Positions 57,221-64,000 of a stretch of DNA of 64,000 nucleotides are shown here, piece by piece. Each line of letters opens with the position of its first letter. Position 1 is the first letter of the stretch. The notes beneath the pieces are model-generated. The model saw nothing but the letters and a program-made list of their open reading frames with translations, searched no databases and was not told the DNA's origin. A program made the position numbers and the translations under genes. The DNA is taken from NCBI GenBank assembly GCA_965652025.1, contig CBFGTM010000010.1, positions 3,097-67,096 of the forward strand. The letters run 5' to 3'. The stretch is from an uncultured Gemmatimonadales bacterium (GTDB taxonomy: Bacteria; Gemmatimonadota; Gemmatimonadetes; Gemmatimonadales; GWC2-71-9).

Positions 57221-58165
57221 TCACGCAGTCTGGATCCCCTTCGCCAGGTCCTCCGCCGCCTGGAAGTCCTGTACCGGAGCTCGAAGCGCTTCGGTCAACC
57301 CACGGTCGGAGACCAGCGCCTCCGCCATACGATAGCCCAAATAGTATCCCGCCCGCTCCGGAATGACTCGCCCACCCACCAGGCGTGCGGAAGGACTCAT
57401 CCCACCCGACAGATAGCGCAGGCGCAATCCCAGGCCACTCCGGTCCAGCTCCGGCTCGACGACCCGCCGCAGGAAGGACTCCATCTCCCGAAGCCGGTGA
57501 TACTGGCGACGGGGATAGCCGAAGTAATCCGCGGCGTCAAATCCGGGAGCCACCGTCTGCGCCGCGTGGACAGCGAGACCCTCGTTGATCAGCAGCTCTC
57601 TTAGCGTGGCCCGGCTGCCGGTAGACCAATAGTCGTAGTAACCACCACTCTCGGCCACCAGGCGCCGAAGTTCGCTGGCGCTATCGGTCGAGGTGTAGCG
57701 GACCGTGTGCGCGAGCTCGTGGGCGATCCACACCGGGATGAGATCCGGCGGCATACCCATCCCGTAGGTCTCCGGGTTCACCCGGCCGGTGAAGTGCTCC
57801 AAGCACACGAATGCAACTCCGCGGCCGCCGACGACCAGCTCTCCAGCGTTGGCTCCGCCCAGACCCACCATGAGGTAGGTATCCGTTGGACGATCGATCC
57901 CCAGCAGCTCCTCGGACCGGGCAATGGCCTCTTCGGCGAGCTGCACCAGATCCACGGTCGCCGCCAGGCCATAGAGATCGCTCCGATTGGCCCGCAGCGC
58001 GGAGGAAACGATGGTGTCGGCGTGGGGAGTATCGGGATCGAGAACGTAGTTACGCCAGTAGGCGTCGAGGATGGGGCGATGACTATCGCGGTACTGCCGG
58101 TAGGCCGCTTCCCGATCTGGGGCCTCCAGGACCGCAAAGAAGTCCGGCAGGAGATTGATCAGCAC
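57221..58165 (-). CDS. Putative Zn-dependent protease (DUF2268-like, HExxH)
   Basis: IAHELAH...INEGLA...RAGYYLG; start at GTG 58165 is uncertain. Confidence 0.65.
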   Translation of the reverse strand: MLINLLPDFFAVLEAPDREAAYRQYRDSHRPILDAYWRNYVLDPDTPHADTIVSSALRANRSDLYGLAATVDLVQLAEEAIARSEELLGIDRPTDTYLMVGLGGANAGELVVGGRGVAFVCLEHFTGRVNPETYGMGMPPDLIPVWIAHELAHTVRYTSTDSASELRRLVAESGGYYDYWSTGSRATLRELLINEGLAVHAAQTVAPGFDAADYFGYPRRQYHRLREMESFLRRVVEPELDRSGLGLRLRYLSGGMSPSARLVGGRVIPERAGYYLGYRMAEALVSDRGLTEALRAPVQDFQAAEDLAKGIQTA

Positions 58166-58181
58166 GCGAGAGGGGATGAAT

Positions 58182-59015
58182 TCACGGTTTGCGTTTTTGT
58201 TTCGCCACCTCGTCAAGGAAACGGCGCTCGGCCGCCGTCAGGCTCGAGATACCCTTCTCACTAATTTTATCGAGAACCCGGTCTACTTCAGCCGCGACCG
58301 GATCGGCGTCGACCCTCCGGCGGGGGCGCATGGGCGTCACCGGGGTGCGGCGGTCGGGCTCGGATGAACCGGACTGGACCATGACAACCCGCTCGACCGT
58401 CCGGGCCGGGGCCCCTGGGCTCCGCCGCGACAACGACTGCACCCGAAAATAGAGATAACCGAAGAGCGCGCCACCCACGTGGGCCAGGTGGGCCACCCCG
58501 TCGTTGGGCCAAAGCTGGGAGGCAATCATGTCGAGGGCCACCAGCCCGATAACCAGGGTCCGGGCCTTGATCGGGACCGGAATGGGAAAGACGATGATCT
58601 CCGCATCGGGCCAGTACATGGCAAACGCGACCGCGACGCCGAGCACTGCTCCGGAGGCCCCGACGAACGCACCAATCGGCATGATCCCGGCGAGCAGAAG
58701 GGAAAAGACCGCTGCGCCGACGCCGCAAAACAAATAATAGAGTAGAAAGTTGCGACTCCCCATGCGGCCTTCGACCGCGGTCCCGAATACGAACAGCATC
58801 AGCATGTTGCCCAGCAGGTGAAGCAGGCCGCCGTGGACGAACATGTAGCTGACAAAGGTCCAGGGGTGGGTGAAGGCGGTTCGGGGCGAAAACTGGAGTA
58901 GCTGGAACACCTCACGCGAGGTAAACAGCGTCATCATCAGGAGCAGCACCACCGCATTGGCGATGATGAAGCGCCCGACCCAGGGAGTAATCCGATACGA
59001 GGGAGATGATCTCAT
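58182..59015 (-). CDS. Rhomboid family intramembrane serine protease
   Basis: PWT..SYMFVH, HLLGNM, GASG, AHLAHVGG; C-terminal EVDRVLDKISEKG..SLT..E..FL. Confidence 0.92.
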   Translation of the reverse strand: MRSSPSYRITPWVGRFIIANAVVLLLMMTLFTSREVFQLLQFSPRTAFTHPWTFVSYMFVHGGLLHLLGNMLMLFVFGTAVEGRMGSRNFLLYYLFCGVGAAVFSLLLAGIMPIGAFVGASGAVLGVAVAFAMYWPDAEIIVFPIPVPIKARTLVIGLVALDMIASQLWPNDGVAHLAHVGGALFGYLYFRVQSLSRRSPGAPARTVERVVMVQSGSSEPDRRTPVTPMRPRRRVDADPVAAEVDRVLDKISEKGISSLTAAERRFLDEVAKQKRKP

Positions 59016-59046
59016 CAGACGATTGCCTTTACGCTCTGACTCCAGG

Positions 59047-60066
59047 CTATGCCAGATCTTCGACTCGGCCGCGCCGCGCGGCCCGGCAGATCTGCTCGCA
59101 CAAGTCAGGGAACTCGATACCGACGGCCCTGGCGGACTGGGGCAGGAGACTGGTAGCCGTCATTCCGGGCAGCGTGTTCACCTCTAAACAGAAGAGTTCA
59201 CCTTCCGGTGTCAAGCGAAAATCGATCCGGGAATATCCACCTAGCTTCAGAGCTTCGTGAGCCAGCAGTCCCAGCCGGCGGCACTCCTCGGTGATCGAGT
59301 CGGGAAGGTCGGCCGGAAAGATCTCTTGCGACATGCCGGGCGTATACTTGCATTCATAATCGAAAATCTCGTGGCGGGGAATGATCTCTCCGACCGCGAG
59401 CGGGCGGCCCTCCAGGACGGCGATGGTCAGCTCCCGACCCGGCACGAACTGCTCGATCATCACCTCGTCGTCGTACTGCCGGGCCAGAGCCACCGCCGGC
59501 TCATATTGGGACGAACCCTTGACCACCGTAAGCCCGACCGTGGACCCCTGTTTCGAGGGCTTGACCACGACTGGCCATCCAAATTCCTGCTCCACCCGGT
59601 CGCGCGCTACGGGCGCCATCACCCAGGCGGCGGTCGGGACGCCAGCCGCCTCAAACAGCCGCTTGGAGATGTCCTTGTCCATGGCCATGGCACTTCCCAG
59701 GCGACCGCTGCCGGTATAGGGCACCCCCACCATTTCGAGCAGTGTCTGGATGGTGCCGTCCTCACCTCGTCCTCCATGAAGTGCAAGGAACAGCACGTCC
59801 GCATCGCGCACCGCAGCCAAGTTGGCCAGTCCCGACAGCAAGAGCCCGCGTTCCAGGGCCTGGAGCTGCGAGATCGGCGGAGGCTCCGTCCCTACGACCC
59901 CAGAGAGAAGCGCGGTTTCATCGGATTCGGGGATGAATCCCCGGGCCGTATCCACCACGGCAACTTCGTGGCCGCGAGACCGCAGAGCCCGAATGACTTG
60001 AACCGCAGAGGCGAGGGCCACGTCCCGCTCGGCTGATGTCCCGCCGGTCAGTACAGTTACGCGCAT
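59047..60066 (-). CDS. ddl: D-alanine--D-alanine ligase
   Basis: GG.S.ERDV, LHGGRGEDG, MDK..SK, GSTVG, FDYECKY, EVNTLPGMT.TSL. Confidence 0.95.
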   Translation of the reverse strand: MRVTVLTGGTSAERDVALASAVQVIRALRSRGHEVAVVDTARGFIPESDETALLSGVVGTEPPPISQLQALERGLLLSGLANLAAVRDADVLFLALHGGRGEDGTIQTLLEMVGVPYTGSGRLGSAMAMDKDISKRLFEAAGVPTAAWVMAPVARDRVEQEFGWPVVVKPSKQGSTVGLTVVKGSSQYEPAVALARQYDDEVMIEQFVPGRELTIAVLEGRPLAVGEIIPRHEIFDYECKYTPGMSQEIFPADLPDSITEECRRLGLLAHEALKLGGYSRIDFRLTPEGELFCLEVNTLPGMTATSLLPQSARAVGIEFPDLCEQICRAARRGRVEDLA

Positions 60067-60083
60067 CCACACTCCGGATAAGG

Positions 60084-60156
60084 GTGAACAGTAAAAAGTG
60101 AAAAGTGAACGAAAAGCTCACTAAAGCCCGTTCACCTTTGACTTTTTACTCTTCAC
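60084..60156. repeat. Inverted array of 7-bp tandem repeats (4+4)
   Basis: GTGAACA-GTAAAAA-GTGAAAA-GTGAACG, 17-nt loop, CGTTCAC-CTTTGAC-TTTTTAC-TCTTCAC. Confidence 0.85.
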
Positions 60157-60167
60157 TTTGACGCAGC

Positions 60168-61559
60168 TTACCTGGTCCCGATTAACTGCTGGAGGACATC
60201 GTACCGACTGACGATCCCGATCAGCTTGCCGTCCTTGCGAACCAGCGCGGCCGGGCTCTCCCGGGTCAGCATGGCTCCCAGCCGGTCAGTAGAAAACGTG
60301 GCATCCACTTCCGGAAAGGGAGATTCCATGACTTCCCGCACCGGACGGTCGAGCAAGGCGGGCTGAGCCAGGGCCTTGGTCATGAGGGTGCCTTCGACCA
60401 GGCCACCTACCGATTGGCCGTCCTCTACCACCGGAATCTGACTCACTCCCCAGGTGCTCATCAGGTTGAGTGCCTGCCGCACCGCTGCTGCAGGGGCCAC
60501 GCTCACCAGGGGTGGTGCGGTGGGGTGACGCCGCTCCAGCAGCTGCTCGACGGTAGTTCTCGGCGGCTCCAGCATCTGGTTTTCCTGCATCCACTCGTCG
60601 TTGAAGACTTTGGAGAGGTACCGCTCGCCAGTGTCGCAGAGGATGGTCACCACCAGTGCCTTCGGGTCATCCAGCTCCCGAGCGAGCTCCAGTGCCAGTG
60701 CCACGTTGAGCCCGGTGGACCCCCCTGCCAGAATGCCCTCTTCCCGGGCCAGTCGCCGCGCCATCACCAGAGAGGTTCGGTCGGGCACCTGCCGAAATTC
60801 ATCGATCCAGTCGAACCAGATGGTGGTAGGAATCTTGTCGCCCCCGATGCCTTCGACCTTGTAGGGATGCCCCTCTCCCAGGGAACGGGTGCGGTGGTAG
60901 TGGGTATACAGTGAACCCACCGGGTCACCGGCGACGATGCGGATCTTGGGGTTCTGCTCCTTCAGGTACTTGCCGGCGCCGCTGATGGTGCCGCCGGTCC
61001 CCGCCCCGGCAATGAGGTGGGTGACCTTTCCTCCAGTCTGCTGCCAGATCTCGGGTCCCATCGTCGCATAATGGGCCTCCGGATTCACCGCGTTGTAGAA
61101 CTGGTTGGCCAGGATCGCGCCCGGAGTTTCCTTGACGATCTGCTTGGCCTTCATCACGTAATTGTCGGGGTGATCGGGAGGAACCGCAGTGGGTGTAATG
61201 ACTACTTCGGCCCCATAGGCCTTGAGCAGCCGCACCTTCTCCTGCGACATCTTGTCCGGCATGGTAAAGACGCACCGATAGCCCTTGAGAGCCGCCGCAA
61301 TGGCCAGCCCGACCCCCGTATTCCCGCTGGTGCCTTCCACGATGGTGCCGCCGGCACGAAGCTCTCCCCGCCGTTCGGCATCCTCGATGATGGCAAGACC
61401 AATGCGATCCTTGACCGATCCACCGGGATTCACGTACTCCGCCTTGCCGTAGATCGGCGTCCTGAGGCCGAAGCCGATCCGTGCGAGGTGGATCAGTGGG
61501 GTCCAGCCCATCGTCTCCAGGACCGAGGCGTAAGGCAGGAGATGTTGGGGAGCTCTCAT
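60168..61559 (-). CDS. Cystathionine beta-synthase (PLP fold II + C-terminal CBS pair)
   Basis: K.EY.NPGGSVKDR, TSGNTG, GTGGT, YKVEGIG, CDTGERYLSK; two CBS domains. Confidence 0.9.
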   Translation of the reverse strand: MRAPQHLLPYASVLETMGWTPLIHLARIGFGLRTPIYGKAEYVNPGGSVKDRIGLAIIEDAERRGELRAGGTIVEGTSGNTGVGLAIAAALKGYRCVFTMPDKMSQEKVRLLKAYGAEVVITPTAVPPDHPDNYVMKAKQIVKETPGAILANQFYNAVNPEAHYATMGPEIWQQTGGKVTHLIAGAGTGGTISGAGKYLKEQNPKIRIVAGDPVGSLYTHYHRTRSLGEGHPYKVEGIGGDKIPTTIWFDWIDEFRQVPDRTSLVMARRLAREEGILAGGSTGLNVALALELARELDDPKALVVTILCDTGERYLSKVFNDEWMQENQMLEPPRTTVEQLLERRHPTAPPLVSVAPAAAVRQALNLMSTWGVSQIPVVEDGQSVGGLVEGTLMTKALAQPALLDRPVREVMESPFPEVDATFSTDRLGAMLTRESPAALVRKDGKLIGIVSRYDVLQQLIGTR

Positions 61560-61960
61560 GGTGCAGCGCTCCTGGACCGGGGACCGCGGAACTGAACCGG
61601 CTGGAGAAATGGCGCCGCAATGGGCCGACCCTGATGCAGAGCGGGCGAGTAGCGCAGTTCCGGGGCGCCGACTAGGGCAGCCGAATCCAGGGCGGGGTAG
61701 CCGCTCGATTCGGCGATCCGGATGGAATCGGGGTTCACGGTCCCGGCCGAATCGACATAGAGGCGAAGCAGCACCCGGCCCTCGATGCCCTGAGCGAGCA
61801 GCGCGGGAGGGTATCGAACCGGGGAGACCGGGTTGATGGCGACCGGAGGCTCTTCGGCCGGCGGTGTGGCCGGCACTGACGGGGCATCGACCAGCCGAAT
61901 GGTCCCATCATCCCGCTGGCCGCAGGCGCCCAGTACCAATACCCCCAGCAGCGGGAGCAA
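61556..61960 (-). CDS. TonB C-terminal domain protein (probable lipoprotein)
   Basis: LGAC lipobox; YPP.....GIEGRV, SSGYPALDSAA; start uncertain because the longer ORF runs through a repeat. Confidence 0.75.
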   Translation of the reverse strand: MLPLLGVLVLGACGQRDDGTIRLVDAPSVPATPPAEEPPVAINPVSPVRYPPALLAQGIEGRVLLRLYVDSAGTVNPDSIRIAESSGYPALDSAALVGAPELRYSPALHQGRPIAAPFLQPVQFRGPRSRSAAP

Positions 61961-61968
61961 CCTGAGCC

Positions 61969-62025
61969 TGTCATTCTGAGCGCAGCGAAGAATCTCTCTT
62001 ATGACGTGCCGTTCGCTCACAGACA
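61969..62025. repeat. REP-like palindromic repeat, one arm degenerate
   Basis: TGTCATTCTGAGCGCAGCGAAGAATCTCT ... GTTCGCTCACAGACA between mutS and the tonB-like gene. Confidence 0.6.
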
Positions 62026-62033
62026 ACTCCCGG

Positions 62034-64000
62034 TCAAATCCGATCCGCAGCCCGTCGCTTGAAGTCGGCCAGGCGATTCAACGCCTCCAGAGGGGTGAGC
62101 GTGTTCACGTCGAGGGATTTCAACTCTTCCACCATCGGATCGGGGTGCTGAGGATCGCCGAAGAGGGCCAACTGTCCCGGATCGCGGGAACCCAAGGGGG
62201 GCGGCCCCGGCACCATACGATGCTCGCCCTCGAGAGTGCCGAGTACGTACCGCGCCCGTAGCACGACTTCCCGAGGCAGGCCGGCCAGCTGGGCCACATG
62301 GATTCCGTAGGAGCGATCGGTCCCACCCGGCTCCAGCCGATGCAAGAATACGACCGTATCGCCTGCCTCGCGAACAGCCACGTTGTAGTTCCGGGCGTGC
62401 TGCAGCCGCTCCGGCAGCTGCATCAGCTCGTGATAATGAGTGGCGAACATCGTCTTGCAGCCCACCCGGTCGTGCAGGTGCTCGGTCACCGCCCAGGCGA
62501 TTGCAACCCCGTCGTAGGTGGAGGTGCCCCGGCCGATTTCGTCGAGCAGAACCAGGCTTCGAGCTGTGGCGTTGTGCAGGATGGCGCTCGTTTCGCTCAT
62601 CTCGACCATGAAGGTGGACTGTCCCTCGCTCAGGTTGTCACTGGCTCCGACCCGGGTGAAGAGCCGGTCCACCACGCCTATGGTGGCCTCCTCCGCGGGA
62701 ACGAAGGAGCCCAGCTGGGCCAACACCACATTCAAGCCGATCTGGCGCAGAATGGTGGACTTGCCGGCCATGTTGGGCCCGGTGACCAGGGCGACGCGCT
62801 CCGCCTCGGTGAATCGGACCGTATTGGGGATGAAAGACTCCCGGGCCATCATCCGCTCGACCACCGGATGGCGGCACTCTCGAAGCAGTAGGTCGAAATT
62901 TTCGGTGATCACCGGGCGGACATAGCGTCCGGCGACGGCCCTTTCCCCCAGCGCAGACCAGACGTCGAGAGTGGCCAGGATTCTGGCGGTGTGCTGAATC
63001 CGTCCGATCGCTCGACCCACGGCGCCCCGCAGCGCCCCGAACAGCTCTCCCTCCCGAGTGCCGATCCGCTCCTCGGCCCCGAGGACTCTCGCCTCGTATT
63101 CCTTGAGCTCCGGAGTGACATACCGTTCAGCCGTCGCCAGGGTCTGCCGGCGCTCGTAGTCCGCTGGCACCCGGGCTGCATGGGTGTGAGTGATTTCCAG
63201 GTAGTACCCGAAGACCTTGTTGAACCCAACCTTGAGGGAGGGGATACCGGTCCGGTCGCGTTCCCGCTGCTGCAGCGCCGCGATGTACTGCCGGCCGCCG
63301 TCCCGCAGGGCCCGCAATTCGTCGAGCTCCGAATCGTACCCGCTGCGAATGACCTCACCGTCTCCCAGACTGACCGGCAACCGCTCGGCCAGGCCATCGG
63401 CCAGCTCGGTGGTAAGGTCGGCCAGGAGATCCAGCTCTTCGGCCGCACCGGTCAGGGCCTTGCTGGCGCGATTTCCAGTCAGTGCGAACCCGGCAAGCTC
63501 ACTCAGCGCCCCCGCCACATCGGGGAGTCGCTGGAGGGTATCGCGAATGGAACCGAGCTCGCGAGGAGTGGCCCGCCCGGCTGCACTACGTCCGGCCAGC
63601 CGTTCGATATCGCGCATCCCGTCCAGCGCCTCGCGCAGGCGAGCGCGCCCGCGCGGGTCCCGAACCATGACCTCGACAGCATCGAGCCGGATATCGATGG
63701 CGGCAGCGTCACGCAAAGGCGATAGCACCCACTGGCGCAATAGCCTTGCGCCCATGGGGGTCAGCGTGGCGTCGATGGTCTCCAGCAGGGTGCAGCCCTG
63801 AGTCCCCGCCCGAAGCGGCTCCACCAGCTCGAGATTGCGGCGGGTCATCTCGTCTACCCAGAGGTAGGAGTCGTTCCGGCGCACCCTCGGCCGAGCCAGG
63901 TGAGGGAGACCCGCTGGCTGCAGCTCGTTCAGATAGCGAAGTAAAGCGCCGGCAGCTCCGACGGCAGCGCCATCGCCCTCGTCCATGCCGAGGCCGTTGA
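62034..64000 (-). CDS. mutS: DNA mismatch repair protein MutS, 5'-truncated at window edge
   Basis: TRRNLEL, TPMGARLL, GFNKVFGYYLE, TGPNMAGKST, STFMVEM, DEIGRGTST, FATHYHEL, SYGIHVA. Confidence 0.97.
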   Translation of the reverse strand, partial: NGLGMDEGDGAAVGAAGALLRYLNELQPAGLPHLARPRVRRNDSYLWVDEMTRRNLELVEPLRAGTQGCTLLETIDATLTPMGARLLRQWVLSPLRDAAAIDIRLDAVEVMVRDPRGRARLREALDGMRDIERLAGRSAAGRATPRELGSIRDTLQRLPDVAGALSELAGFALTGNRASKALTGAAEELDLLADLTTELADGLAERLPVSLGDGEVIRSGYDSELDELRALRDGGRQYIAALQQRERDRTGIPSLKVGFNKVFGYYLEITHTHAARVPADYERRQTLATAERYVTPELKEYEARVLGAEERIGTREGELFGALRGAVGRAIGRIQHTARILATLDVWSALGERAVAGRYVRPVITENFDLLLRECRHPVVERMMARESFIPNTVRFTEAERVALVTGPNMAGKSTILRQIGLNVVLAQLGSFVPAEEATIGVVDRLFTRVGASDNLSEGQSTFMVEMSETSAILHNATARSLVLLDEIGRGTSTYDGVAIAWAVTEHLHDRVGCKTMFATHYHELMQLPERLQHARNYNVAVREAGDTVVFLHRLEPGGTDRSYGIHVAQLAGLPREVVLRARYVLGTLEGEHRMVPGPPPLGSRDPGQLALFGDPQHPDPMVEELKSLDVNTLTPLEALNRLADFKRRAADRI

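Noticed and set aside
1-64000. CRISPR arrays, tRNA/rRNA genes, IS transposases, prophage or defence islands
   Set aside because: No 23-47-bp spaced direct repeats, cloverleaf signatures, or transposase, integrase or phage motifs were seen; the short 7-8-bp arrays have no spacers between units

Overview
A GC-rich bacterial chromosome segment spanning the replication origin. Gene content (GWxTD lipoprotein, Ser/Thr kinase-TPR, YtxH, bL34 style) suggests Gemmatimonadota, but this is inference only. The core is dnaN<-dnaA | rpmH-rnpA-yidD-yidC-mnmE, with a DnaA-trio-type unwinding element between dnaA and dnaN and the RNase P RNA gene (rnpB) about 2.3 kb beyond the end of dnaN. About 28-42 kb further left is a long minus-strand gene run: sufR-sufBCDSU-bacilliredoxin-hypothetical-mnmG-[2 parS]-parA-parB-M23 peptidase-bactofilin, then a BMP-type ABC transporter with an embedded Nif3/DUF34 gene. 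Other genes include polA, rnd, def, pyrE, ddl, cystathionine beta-synthase, queG and partial ndh and mutS at the edges. I saw no CRISPR array, tRNA, rRNA, prophage or transposase. Most notable: (1) the conserved N-terminus of rnpA has no ATG/GTG/TTG start but is in the +1 frame of the rpmH stop (GGAGGC-TCC-TGA-G), so there is either a +1 frameshift giving a bL34-RnpA fusion or a non-canonical start; (2) three elements made of four short tandem repeats, a spacer and four inverted repeats, one of them inside yidC; (3) an oriC with clear DnaA-trios but only degenerate DnaA boxes; (4) a bacilliredoxin gene directly following the suf genes; (5) a translationally coupled parA-parB-M23-bactofilin unit. 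All calls come from motif recognition by eye, with no database searches.
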